In this document: positions 9,792 through 19,468 of the stretch, piece after piece
Layout: every line of letters begins with the position of its first letter
How positions within the stretch are numbered: the first letter of the stretch is position 1
NCBI GenBank assembly: GCA_965222375.1
Contig: CBDCTZ010000016.1
Span: 1,344,001 to 1,408,000 of the forward strand
Direction of reading: 5' to 3'
DNA from: Polyangiaceae bacterium
Lineage (GTDB): Bacteria; Myxococcota_A; Polyangia; Polyangiales; Polyangiaceae
Length of the DNA: 64,000 bases
Made by a program: the position numbers and the translations under genes
The notes under the pieces: generated by a model
The model's database searches: none
Told to the model about the DNA's origin: nothing
What the model saw: the letters and a program-made list of their open reading frames with translations, nothing else

Positions 9792-10480
9792 ATGAAACGT
9801 CGTGTGACTGTTCCTTGCCGCACCCATCGTCGTGTCTCGCGCTCCGCCATCACGAGGATCTTGACGGGCCTTTCCGTGGCTGTAGCCGTGGCCGGCGTGA
9901 CCGGCTCTTCCTCATGGGTTCACGCTCAGGATCTGAACACCGTGCCTGGTCTTCAGGAACGCTTGGACCACGAGCGCTCGGTCGTTGAGCAGCTACTCAA
10001 CGAAGGAGAATGCCCGCGGGCGTGCTTGGCGCTCGAGGCAATGCGTCAAGCTGCCGGCTCTGCAAGTTGGACTCAGGAAGTCCGGGCACGAATGCACGAC
10101 GTGACCTCGAGAAGACCGCGGGCCGCGTGGGCGGCAGTTGTGCCGAATGTGAGGAAGCTCAGGAAATCCGCAACGTCGGCAAGGGTGCGCCCTCTGCACG
10201 CGCCAATGTGGCATGCGCGGCTGATGCTCCCACCGCCCCGGGCTCGTCAGCCCCCGAAACCCCCGCCTCCAAGCAGCCGCCCTCGGAGGCGCCCCAGGGT
10301 GGGTGCGCCGCCTGCAGCGTAGGCTCGAGTCCTACCCGAGCCGGCGGTCCAGCTTTCGCCGCTGTCACCTTGCTTGGACTCCTTGGGCTCGGTCGTCGAC
10401 GCCGCCGGAACGCCCTGAAGGCGGGGGGGACGGCGGCCTCTTGTCTTCCAGCATCGCGTGTTCGCGCAAGAAGGCCCTGA
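9792..10480 (+). pseudogene. Cys-rich MYXO-CTERM-anchored surface protein, frameshifted at about 10055
   Basis: The 9792 frame gives a signal peptide and C..ACLALEAMRQAA. It continues in the 10010 frame as RLCKLD...CAEC...GGCAACSVG...AVTLLGLLGLGRRRRR, a MYXO-CTERM-like tail. Confidence 0.65.
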
Positions 10481-11213
10481 CCATCAGCTCGTGCTGCTGT
10501 GCCCGCAGACGAAGCGGCTGCGAAATGCGTGTGGTCTCGAAGACCAGCGATGGGACACCCAGCACCTCCTGCGCGGAGCGCGCCACACTGCCAGCTGGCC
10601 CCGGAGAGATCAGAGTGAAGTGGCGGGTGGTCTTGGCGATGGACGCATTCACGGCGCCTTGCACGACCCGCGCCGCGGACAGGGCTCGCTTGGACACAGC
10701 GGTGCCGGGGACGTGGACCACCGAACTTCCCATGCTCTTCTTGTTTCGCCGGTTGAAATCGAAACCCTCATGCAAGTCGAGGAGCCAGTCCGGGTCGATG
10801 TCCTGAATCGTCTGCCAGACGATCGGCGCCATGAAACCACGTGGGCTCATTCCAGGGCGCCTGGGGAAGTTGCGATTCAGATCCATGTAGCGCGTCCGTG
10901 GTGAAAACCGCTTGCCAGCCGCCAGTGCTGGACGATTGACCTCCGGGATCACGAACAGTCGGCCGCGCACCAGCCGTGTGGCGAGAAGCCGACGAGCGGC
11001 GTGGGGCGGCGCACGCTCGTCGCCGTGCACACCCGCCAGCACTAGTACCGTCGGGCCTGAGCGTGCGCCGTGCAGGACATAAACTGGTGTCTCCCAGCGG
11101 GACTCTGCTGCAAGTATGGTGTGGGGAGCGGGCGACTTTGGTGCTGTATCGGCCTGGCTGGGGGCGACGATTGTGGCGACGATCGCCAACCAGAGGTAGA
11201 CCGGGGCCCGCAT
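10365..11213 (-). CDS. Succinylglutamate desuccinylase/aspartoacylase (M14-like) family secreted protein
   Basis: Signal peptide; AGVHGDE, PEVN, DLNRNFP, LLDLHEG. Confidence 0.85.
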   Translation of the reverse strand: MRAPVYLWLAIVATIVAPSQADTAPKSPAPHTILAAESRWETPVYVLHGARSGPTVLVLAGVHGDERAPPHAARRLLATRLVRGRLFVIPEVNRPALAAGKRFSPRTRYMDLNRNFPRRPGMSPRGFMAPIVWQTIQDIDPDWLLDLHEGFDFNRRNKKSMGSSVVHVPGTAVSKRALSAARVVQGAVNASIAKTTRHFTLISPGPAGSVARSAQEVLGVPSLVFETTRISQPLRLRAQQHELMVRAFLREHAMLEDKRPPSPPPSGRSGGVDDRAQGVQAR

Positions 11214-11290
11214 CGGAACACAAACGCCGGGCTGCCGTGGCTTAATCCGACCCTCGAGTCTTTTTTGCCTGGCGGCAGACTCTGCTGGGC

Positions 11291-14086
11291 TCAGAGCTCG
11301 TCGACCAGGCCAAGAGCTTCGCCAAGCCGTTCTTTTTGCCGCTTGAGAGCATCGAGTTGCTCCTTGGCTTCAGCAACGACCTCGGGTGGGGCCTTCGCGA
11401 CGAAGTTCTTATTGGCGAGGCGCTTGTCGAGCCCCTGGATGTCCTTGTCCAGTTTCTTGATCGTGCGCTCGATGCGTTCCTTCTCTTTGTCGGGCTCGAC
11501 CAAGCCCTTGAGACCCACCAACACTTCCACCTCGCCGGCCACGCTCATCACGTATCCGCTGGGGCGCGGACCGCCTGCGGGTTCGATGGTTGGAGTGCCG
11601 TCGGTCCTGACCAGAAACTCCAACAGCGCGCTTTGAGCGCTGAGCACGTCTCGGACGGAGGAGTCCGCGGCTCGCAGCACCAAAGGGACGCGTGCGCCGG
11701 GGTGAACTTCGTGTTCGGTGCGGGCTGAGCGGGCTGCGCTGATGGCGTTCATCAACACGCCCATTTGTTTTTCGACGCCAGGGTCGTGTCTGCCGTCGCC
11801 CCCCGTGGGGTAGGGGGCAATAGCAATGGATTTGGGGCGGGACGCTGGACGGGACGTCCGCTGCCATAGCTCTTCGGTCACGAACGGTGCATAGGGATGC
11901 AACCCCCGCAGCACGGTCTCGATCACGTGAGCAAGCACGGCCCGAGTCTCAGCTTTGGCAGCGTCGTCCGAGCCGGAAAAGACTGGCTTGCTGGACTCCA
12001 GGAACCAGTCGCACAACTCGTCCCAGACGAATGCGTAGAGCGCCCGGGCGCCTTCATCCAACCTGAAGTCGTCGATGCCACGAGTGCTGGCCTCGACCGC
12101 GCCGGATAGTCGCGACAGGATCCATTTATTGGGCAGTGACGTTGCATTTGGTACGCAGCCGTCCAGACTCACACCGTCGATGTGGGGCAGGGAAAAGCGA
12201 ACCGCATTGTAGAGTTTGTTGCAGAAGTTGCGGTAGCCTTCGATTCGCTTCGGGGATAGCGCGATGCGCTTGGCCTGGGGCGAATAGCTGCACAGCGTGA
12301 AGCGGACCGCGTCCGTGCCGTAAGCTGGAAACCCTTTGCCCATCTGTGCGACGGAGGGGTACGCCTTCTTGAACTTGGCAAAGGCCTGTTTCTCTGGCGC
12401 GCCCGGCAAAGCCTTTTGCACGACGGCACCGAACTCAGCGCCGTGAATCAAGTCGAGCGGATCAATCGTGTTGCCCTTGACCTTGCTCATCTTGTCGCCG
12501 GTCTCGTCTACGACGAGGCCGTGCAGCAGCACTCGCTTGAAGGGCACCTCACCCATGAAGTGGATCCCCATCATCATCATGCGCGCCACCCAGAAAAACA
12601 GGATGTCGTAGCCCGTCTCCATGTCGCTGGTGGGGTAGAAGCGCTTCAGCTCGACGGTTTCCTTGGGCCATCCGAGGGTGGAAAACGGCCAGAGTGCGCT
12701 CGAGAACCAGGTGTCGAGGACATCTGGATCTCGGGTGAGGGACGCGCTCCCGCACTCCGCGCATTTTTCGGGCTTGTCCTCCCTCGTGACGGTGACGTGC
12801 CCATTGTCGCAATAGAAGGCGGGGACCTGGTGTCCCCACCACAGCTGGCGGCTGATGCACCAGTCTTGGATGTTCTCTAGCCAGTGGTTGTAGGTCTTGA
12901 CCCATTCTGCGGGAATGATCTGAGTGCGACCGTCTCGCACCGCCTCGAGAGCGGGCTCCGCGAGCGGCTTCGTTTTCACGAACCACTGCGTGCTGATCAT
13001 CGGCTCCACGATCGTGTTGCAGCGCTGACAACGAGGCAGCTGCAACGTATGGGGCTTGCTGCCTCGCTCGAGCCCTGCGTCGGCGAGGGCCTTCTTGACC
13101 GCTTTGCGTGACTCTTTGACGCTTTGTCCCTGAAACTGGCCGGCCTCGGCATTGAGGCTGCCGTCTTGGTTCAGGATGCTGATCTCCTCGAGCTTGTGCC
13201 GCTTGCCTGTCGCAAAGTCGTTGAAGTCGTGCGCTGGCGTGACCTTGACGGCGCCGGTACCGAACTCTGGATCCACGAGAATGTCGTCGATGATCACTGG
13301 GATCTGGCGGTCGACGAAGGGGTGCCTCAACTTCTTGCCGTGCAAGTGCTTGTAGCGCGGATCCTCCGAATGCACGGCCACGGCCGTATCGCCAAGCATG
13401 GTCTCTGGGCGCGTCGTCGCGACCACGAGTTCTTTCACGCCCGCCCCGGTCTCGGCGTCGGCTACGGGGTAGGCAAACTCGTACATCTCGCCTTGCGCCT
13501 CTTCGTTTTCCACTTCGAGATCGGAAAGCGCGGTTCTGCAGTCACCGCACCAGTTGATCAGGCGCGTGTCCCGGTAGATCAGACCCTCTTCGTAGAGGCG
13601 AACAAAGCTTTCCTTCACCGCGACGGAGAGCTCGGGATCCATCGTGAACTTGCTGCGCTCCCAGTCACAGGAGCAGCCCAGCACTTCCATCTGTTCGGCG
13701 ATTCGGCCCCCTTTTTGCTCCCGCCACTGCCAGACGCGCTCGACGAATTTGTCGCGACCTAGATCGTGCCGCGAGAGCCCCTCCGTGCGTAGTTGCCGCT
13801 CGACCACCGTTTGGGTCGCAATGCCCGCGTGGTCCATTCCCGGTTGCCAGAGTGTGTTGAACCCCTGCATTCGCTTGTGGCGAATCAGCACATCTTCCAG
13901 CGTGCCCATGAGGGCGTGCCCCATGTGCAAGCTGCCCGTGACGTTTGGTGGTGGCAGTGAAATCACGTACGTGGGACGATCGTCACCTTCGGCGGCGGAT
14001 GCGCGGAAAACGCCTTCATCGGACCAGAATTTGTACCAGCGTGGCTCGACCTCTTCAGGCTCGTACGCTTTGGGAAGCTCGGACAT
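11291..14086 (-). CDS. valS: Valine--tRNA ligase
   Basis: PPPNVTGSLHMGH, DHAGIATQ, ATTRPET, GTGAVKVTPAHD, DWCISRQLWWGH, DVLDTWFSS, KMSKVKGN, C-terminal coiled coil. Confidence 0.98.
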   Translation of the reverse strand: MSELPKAYEPEEVEPRWYKFWSDEGVFRASAAEGDDRPTYVISLPPPNVTGSLHMGHALMGTLEDVLIRHKRMQGFNTLWQPGMDHAGIATQTVVERQLRTEGLSRHDLGRDKFVERVWQWREQKGGRIAEQMEVLGCSCDWERSKFTMDPELSVAVKESFVRLYEEGLIYRDTRLINWCGDCRTALSDLEVENEEAQGEMYEFAYPVADAETGAGVKELVVATTRPETMLGDTAVAVHSEDPRYKHLHGKKLRHPFVDRQIPVIIDDILVDPEFGTGAVKVTPAHDFNDFATGKRHKLEEISILNQDGSLNAEAGQFQGQSVKESRKAVKKALADAGLERGSKPHTLQLPRCQRCNTIVEPMISTQWFVKTKPLAEPALEAVRDGRTQIIPAEWVKTYNHWLENIQDWCISRQLWWGHQVPAFYCDNGHVTVTREDKPEKCAECGSASLTRDPDVLDTWFSSALWPFSTLGWPKETVELKRFYPTSDMETGYDILFFWVARMMMMGIHFMGEVPFKRVLLHGLVVDETGDKMSKVKGNTIDPLDLIHGAEFGAVVQKALPGAPEKQAFAKFKKAYPSVAQMGKGFPAYGTDAVRFTLCSYSPQAKRIALSPKRIEGYRNFCNKLYNAVRFSLPHIDGVSLDGCVPNATSLPNKWILSRLSGAVEASTRGIDDFRLDEGARALYAFVWDELCDWFLESSKPVFSGSDDAAKAETRAVLAHVIETVLRGLHPYAPFVTEELWQRTSRPASRPKSIAIAPYPTGGDGRHDPGVEKQMGVLMNAISAARSARTEHEVHPGARVPLVLRAADSSVRDVLSAQSALLEFLVRTDGTPTIEPAGGPRPSGYVMSVAGEVEVLVGLKGLVEPDKEKERIERTIKKLDKDIQGLDKRLANKNFVAKAPPEVVAEAKEQLDALKRQKERLGEALGLVDEL

Positions 14087-14178
14087 GGGCCGGGCAATAT
14101 AGCCACTTTCCCGGGACAGATACTCGGAAAATGTCCCGAGTCAGTGGGGCGTGCTTGCCACGATGGCGGGGTCGTCCG

Positions 14179-14823
14179 TCAGAAGGGCTTGCCGCCGCTG
14201 TTGCCGGCGGGGGCGTAGTTACAGACGATCGTGCCGCCGTACTTGAACCCGGCACACTTGGAGACTCCGCAGCCGAGCTTCGTGCTCTTCGCCCACATCA
14301 CCTGCGTGTAGTGGCCGCAGGCCTTTCCAGGCGCGCATTTGCCGGTGGCGTAGTCGTAGTCTTTCTCTTCGCTCATCCAGGAGGAAACCGCACCCTGCGG
14401 ACTCGCCGTGCCGCTGGAGCCATAGATGTTCTCACCCACAGAACCCGGGTAGTTGTCAGCACGTCCTGGGTTGTGATCGACGAGGCCCGTGGGTGGTTTG
14501 TTGTCGACGCAGGCGTCCGCCCAGGCTTGCGCAATGGCCGCTAAAGCTGGATCCCAAGTCAGCGGCGCCACTCCCTCGGTCGCGCGCGCTTCGTTGTGGG
14601 CTTTCGTGATGCCAGCAAGCCCAGGAGGCTCGCCCGCACCGACATTGCCTCCAGTGCCGGAACTCACTCCGCCCGTCGCGCTGCCGCCTTTGCCGGCGCT
14701 TGCCCCTTGGCCCGTACCACCGCTGCCGGTCGCGCCCTGTCCCACTCCGCCGGAACCTGTCGTTGCACCGCCACCATCTGCACCCCCTCCGCCGCTGTCG
14801 TCACTGCCACACGCGACAACCAG
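14179..14823 (-). pseudogene. CAP/SCP (PR-1-like) domain lipoprotein lacking its start and most of its signal peptide
   Basis: HNEARA...LTWD..LA..AQAWA..C, GENIY, W.SE..DY, CGHYTQVMW...LGCG, VCNY.PAGN. Upstream come a Gly tether and LVVAC, but there is no in-frame start codon before the lipobox. It could still be expressed from GTG 14745. Confidence 0.65.
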
Positions 14824-14825
14824 CG

Positions 14826-15120
14826 GGATTCTTCCGGGGGGCTCGTCATGGTTGCCCAGCGGTGGGTCAACGGTGGTAGCGGACCACCCTGGGTTGTCGC
14901 TCTGAAGACGGACGGCAGTGTGGCATGGGAGTTCGCCTCCACGACGGTCTACGAACGAGGAACCAACTGGGCGGTGGTACCCCGAAAGAGCGGTGGGCTC
15001 GTGCTGGTTGGTTCAGTCGCTGATCAGGGTGTCGCTGGCGGTCCTGCGCGAGCAATCTGCTTGAGTGACGCCGGTTCGGTGGTGTGGCAGCGGTCCTGGG
15101 ATGACGGTTCGGGGCGCCAA
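14826..15120 (+). pseudogene. Orphan internal fragment of a beta-propeller-like protein
   Basis: Two blade-like units, SGGLVMVA...WVVALKTDGSVAW and SGGLVLVGS...AICLSDAGSVVWQRSW. No proper start or end. Confidence 0.4.
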
Positions 15121-15240
15121 CAGCTCGTAGCAGATCCGGCTGACTCTGGGCTTCAACTCGACTTCTGGACCGCCCAAGTAGCTCCGTCGTGCGGGGTGGT
15201 CTTGCAGTCTTTGCGGTGGTGGCACAGCCTGAAGGAGGTT

Positions 15241-15720
15241 ATGGCTAAGCTCGGAATGATGCAGATCGCGCGCGTCAGCGATGTCATGTCTGAAGCGGTA
15301 GTGTTCGTGCAGGCCGAAAGCCGGGCGGCGGATGCTGCGGATGTGCTCACGCGGCACCGCATCAACGGCGCGCCAGTGCTCGGAGACCGCGGTCGTGTCG
15401 TGGGGGTTGTTTCGAAAACCGACCTTCTCGACCCCCGTCATCAACCCGCGGATCGTGAGATGCAAGTGCAAGACGCAATGACTCGAGTAGTTTTTGCAGT
15501 GCGCGCTCATGATCCAGTCATGCTCGCAGTCCGCTTGATGACCGACGAGGAGATCCATCGCGCGTTGGTCGTCAATGACGACGGTACTTTGGCTGGGATT
15601 GTGTCGGCCATGGACGTCCTACGGGGCCTTGCCAACGGGCTGAACATCGCTGACGCGCCCGGCGCGGAGCCTGTAAGCTTCGTGGACCTTCGCAAGTTGC
15701 GGATCGTCCGCGGTACCTGA
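15241..15720 (+). CDS. CBS-domain pair protein
   Basis: SD AAGGAGG before ATG 15241; VSDVM...GAPVL...VVGVVSKTDL and DAMT...IHRALVV...LAGIVSAMDVL. Confidence 0.9.
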   Translation: MAKLGMMQIARVSDVMSEAVVFVQAESRAADAADVLTRHRINGAPVLGDRGRVVGVVSKTDLLDPRHQPADREMQVQDAMTRVVFAVRAHDPVMLAVRLMTDEEIHRALVVNDDGTLAGIVSAMDVLRGLANGLNIADAPGAEPVSFVDLRKLRIVRGT

Positions 15721-15863
15721 AGCCGCAAGCGGACCCGGCGACCGGCTGAAAGGGGCGGTCAAGAGCAACAGCTCCACGTGCAGCGATTCGGGTGCCGCCA
15801 TTTCGGGCACCGCAACCGAGAAGGATCCACACACCGTGTGCTGTCGCTGAGGTGCCGCCGCGT

Positions 15864-16961
15864 TCACCGCGGCGCGACGCGATCTCCCTTTCTAAACGTG
15901 TAACCCTCAGGCTCCGATTTGGAGGCCCCTTGCTGCAACTCTACCTTGTCAAAAGCCGGCTCCACGCCAATTGCCGTCGCGACATCCGCGCGATCTTGCA
16001 GGTGGAAGTGCAAGTGGGCCTCGCTCGAATTGCCGCTGTTGCCGCACAAGCCCAGCAGCTGGCCCGCGCGCACCACCGTTTTTGGACGAACACGGATGCT
16101 TCCCGGGGAAAGGTGCGCGTACAGTGAATACTCACCCTCGCCGTGCTTGATCACGACGGCGTTGCCGAGCGCGGAGTAGCCATTCATGACGCCGGGCGTG
16201 TTGTCTGGCACGCCGTCGATGACAGTCACTACCGTGCCCTTCGCTGCCGCCAAGATCTTCTTGCCGTAGGCGAAGTAGTCCGAATTCTTCTTGCCGTCCC
16301 CCTTGTAGCTCTTGCCCGTGCTGTCGAGCACGAGCAGGTCGGCAGCACGTTGCTGGTTCTTGTGAGTGATGTGCTTGTTGTCAGTGAGGTTGTCTCCGCC
16401 CCACACCACCGCCCACTGCCCTTCAAAAGGCAGCTGCAGCGAAGTCTTGGTTCGAGCTACCGGTGCTGGTGGCGGTGGCGGCGGACGGAAGTACAAACCA
16501 GCGATGGCACCCGCTTCATCGAGGGTCAAACTGGAGTGAATCTCGCCACCCTTCCCGAAAAGGCTGAACTCGCCGGTGCGCTGAGACAGCTTCCTGACTT
16601 CGATTCGTTCGAAGGGACCTGCCTTGCTCAGACCATGGCATACCTCGCGCGTCTTCTCCTGGCTCAACGCCTTCCGCATGTGTGCGTTGAAGCGACCGTA
16701 GATGTCGTCACAGGCTCGTGTCTCGAGCTGGCTGACCAGCAGCTCGTGGGCCTGGAAGATGGCGGGAGGCTTCAACCTTGGGGCTGGTGGCGTGGTCACC
16801 GAACGAGATTCCAATGTGGGCTGTGCCTTGCAGGCTGGACATGGGCGCCGTGCATCCGTCGCAGTTGGCGCGCAAGCAGCGGTCCCCACGCCCAGAATGA
16901 GGGCTAGGTGGAGCCTGGTGGCAGTTGGTCGTGAGAGCATCCGGTTTACTAACCCATTCAT
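15864..16961 (-). CDS. M23 family metallopeptidase lipoprotein with N-terminal DUF3887-like domain
   Basis: Lipobox TAAC; H...AAD, GNAVVIKH....SLYAHL, GNSGNSSEAHLHFHLQ. Confidence 0.88.
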   Translation of the reverse strand: MNGLVNRMLSRPTATRLHLALILGVGTAACAPTATDARRPCPACKAQPTLESRSVTTPPAPRLKPPAIFQAHELLVSQLETRACDDIYGRFNAHMRKALSQEKTREVCHGLSKAGPFERIEVRKLSQRTGEFSLFGKGGEIHSSLTLDEAGAIAGLYFRPPPPPPAPVARTKTSLQLPFEGQWAVVWGGDNLTDNKHITHKNQQRAADLLVLDSTGKSYKGDGKKNSDYFAYGKKILAAAKGTVVTVIDGVPDNTPGVMNGYSALGNAVVIKHGEGEYSLYAHLSPGSIRVRPKTVVRAGQLLGLCGNSGNSSEAHLHFHLQDRADVATAIGVEPAFDKVELQQGASKSEPEGYTFRKGDRVAPR

Positions 16962-16988
16962 CCTAATTTGGGTAGGGTGCGTCCTTCG

Positions 16989-17534
16989 ATGCCTCGTTAC
17001 ATCGCTTTCCTGCGCGCCATCAACGTTGGTGGCCGCACTGTGAAGATGGAGCGCCTGCGCAGCGTATTCGAAGAGCTTGCGCTGAAGGATGTCGAGACCT
17101 TCATCGCCAGCGGGAACGTGATCTTCAGCACCCGCGTTGCGTCCCCAGGGAAGCTAGAGCAGCGAATCACGACTCACCTGCGCAAGGTTTTGGGCTACGA
17201 GGTCGCTACGTTTCTGCGCACGCCAGAGCAGCTTGCTGAGGTGGCCCATCGAGAGGCGTTCGGCGATGCCTCCAGCATCAAGAAGCCTGCCGCCCGCATG
17301 GTGGCCTTTCTGCACTCTGCGCCAACGTCTGAAGCGCGAGCAAAGCTGATGGCACTCAAGTCCAGCCAGGATGACTTTGCCGTGGTCGGGCACGAGGTTC
17401 ATTGGGAGTGTCGTACCAAGATCAGCGAGTCGAAGTTCTCCGGCTCGGCGCTAGAGAAGGCGCTTGGGCGGCCTGCGACGATGCGCAGCATCACGACGAT
17501 TCAGAAGCTCTCGAGCAAGTATCCGCCGCTCTGA
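16989..17534 (+). CDS. DUF1697 family protein
   Basis: YIAFLRAINVGG..VKM..L, VETFIASGNVIF, ATMRS..T..KL. Confidence 0.9.
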   Translation: MPRYIAFLRAINVGGRTVKMERLRSVFEELALKDVETFIASGNVIFSTRVASPGKLEQRITTHLRKVLGYEVATFLRTPEQLAEVAHREAFGDASSIKKPAARMVAFLHSAPTSEARAKLMALKSSQDDFAVVGHEVHWECRTKISESKFSGSALEKALGRPATMRSITTIQKLSSKYPPL

Positions 17535-17646
17535 CGGCTGCCGGCTTGCGCGCTGTCCTGGGTAATTTGCCTCGGGATTGACCCCAGTGCGCAACTCTTG
17601 CACATCTTTCGCAGGGCCCTACCGGGTTCCATGATGCGGGTCTCGA

Positions 17647-18309
17647 TTGATGGGGTCGTCCATATCCAACAACTACGCTGACTCGGCAGCGCCCGGCGAC
17701 GCCGAATTGGGGAAGGTGAAAGGGGCAGCCGTTCGCGCCTTCCTGACGTGGTACCACGACCAATTTGGCCGTGCGGGCGTGGAAGCCCTGCTGAAGCACG
17801 TACCGGATGACGTGAAAAGCGACTTTGACGTTGCGCAGCCGGACTTGGGGATCCTCACGTCGGGGTGGTACTCCGCGAAGTTCATTCACGCATACTGCGA
17901 TGCGTTGACCCGGGTTCACGATCGGATCGAACTCGACAAGATCTTGCGCCAGGGCGTAGTCGCCACCATGGAGAAGAACCTTCAGAGCGTCTACAAGCGC
18001 TTCTTCCTCAGAGTGCTCATGTCGCCGGAACGCTACGTCAAGTACTGCCAGAGCCTGTGGGGCATGCACTTCGACAATGGGACGCTGGATGTGCGGGCCG
18101 AGGGCACGTGCGCCCTACGCTGGAGGATCCACGACTGGCGCAGCCATCATCGGATCTTGTGCCAGATGGTGACGTACTCGGAGCCAGCGGTATTTGGTGC
18201 GATGGGATGCAAAAGAGTCACCTCCGTCGAGAAAGGTTGCGTGACATTGGGGGATGATCGTTGCGAACATGTCATCCGCTGGTCCAATGCCGCGTCGATT
18301 CCACCATGA
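17647..18309 (+). CDS. Myxobacterial hypothetical protein (DUF2378/V4R-like)
   Basis: KVKG...ILTSGWY pattern and C-terminal C...GDDRCEHVIRW. Confidence 0.6.
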   Translation: MMGSSISNNYADSAAPGDAELGKVKGAAVRAFLTWYHDQFGRAGVEALLKHVPDDVKSDFDVAQPDLGILTSGWYSAKFIHAYCDALTRVHDRIELDKILRQGVVATMEKNLQSVYKRFFLRVLMSPERYVKYCQSLWGMHFDNGTLDVRAEGTCALRWRIHDWRSHHRILCQMVTYSEPAVFGAMGCKRVTSVEKGCVTLGDDRCEHVIRWSNAASIPP

Positions 18310-19412
18310 CGGACTTGTCACCTCGTCTGAGTAGCGCGCAGATTCAGCTCTTTGCTGCGAGCACGATGTTGGTGGCGCTGGTTGGGCTGCTTTGGCTCAG
18401 TGCGTCACCCATGCCCGAGATGCTCGCTGGGGTCACGCGCGTGAAGCTGCCCAAGGTCCGCATCGTGCAGTTGCCAGATCCTCTCGATGCGAAGCGCCCC
18501 CTGCGCCTGCGCGAAGATCTTCGGCGCAGACCCGATGGACTCTATGCTCCAGTGGATCCCCGCTGGCCGCCTGCGGCACCTAAAGGTGCCAACCGTGGCA
18601 AGGGTTTCAAAGTCACCGAAGAGACCGGCGACCCCTGTGCGCCTCCGGACACGGGTCCCGGGATGTTCACCAAGTGGAAGCCCGCTTCACCGGTTGGTGT
18701 GTACAGCCTGCCCGAGCAGGGCGGCGTCGCGGACAACGGGGACTTCGACCTATTGATCCACTTTCATGGACATGATCTGGCCTGGCTTGCTTTCGTTCAG
18801 GCAAACACTCCCATGGTGATGCTGGGTGTGCAGCGAAAGCGCGGCAAGGACTGGCGCACCCAGCTTGGAGGTCCCGACGCCTATCGCCAGTTGGTGGACG
18901 CTATGGAGCAGACCCTCGGCCGCGTCATGAGTCGAGACGTCCGGGCGAAACGCGTGGCTCTCGCCGCGTGGAGTGGCGGTTACGAGGCGATCTCCACGCT
19001 ACTCGAGCAGAGCACCAATGTGGATGCCGACGCGATCATCATGCTCGACGGTCTGCACATTGCTCGACGCCCAGAGGTCGCGGAGTATCAGTTGCGCCCA
19101 TTCGTGAAGCTAGGAAAGCGCGCGATGAAGAACGAGGTGTTTGTGTTCGCGACTCACTCCTCCGTCGTGCCAGATGGCTACGCATCCACCACGGAGAGCA
19201 CACATCGATGGCTCAATGCCCTGGGCACCCGAGCTGTCATAGTTGAGCGTCAAGATCCCCCGGGCATCCCGCTGAAACACGCGTTTAGTCGTGGTGCTCT
19301 TCATGTGCGGGGCTACGCGGGCGGCAGCAAGCCCGACCACTGCGCGCAGCTTTCTCTGTATCCAGCGGCGCTGCGGGGGCTGTCTGCCTGGCGGTCCGAT
19401 CGCGAGCTATGA
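18306..19412 (+). CDS. Membrane-anchored alpha/beta-hydrolase-like hypothetical protein
   Basis: N-terminal TM; LLIHFHG, AWSGGY nucleophile-elbow-like motif, LDGLH, DHC. ATGA-coupled to the upstream gene. Confidence 0.65.
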   Translation: MTDLSPRLSSAQIQLFAASTMLVALVGLLWLSASPMPEMLAGVTRVKLPKVRIVQLPDPLDAKRPLRLREDLRRRPDGLYAPVDPRWPPAAPKGANRGKGFKVTEETGDPCAPPDTGPGMFTKWKPASPVGVYSLPEQGGVADNGDFDLLIHFHGHDLAWLAFVQANTPMVMLGVQRKRGKDWRTQLGGPDAYRQLVDAMEQTLGRVMSRDVRAKRVALAAWSGGYEAISTLLEQSTNVDADAIIMLDGLHIARRPEVAEYQLRPFVKLGKRAMKNEVFVFATHSSVVPDGYASTTESTHRWLNALGTRAVIVERQDPPGIPLKHAFSRGALHVRGYAGGSKPDHCAQLSLYPAALRGLSAWRSDREL

Positions 19413-19468
19413 AGCGGCTATTCTCGGAGATCCCCCGGCTCGGTGGATCGTATCCATCACAATCCGCC

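Noticed and set aside
14596..15720. Single 374-aa CDS as given in the ORF track
   Set aside because: Its first part is antisense to the CAP gene, and a strong SD marks the CBS gene start at 15241.
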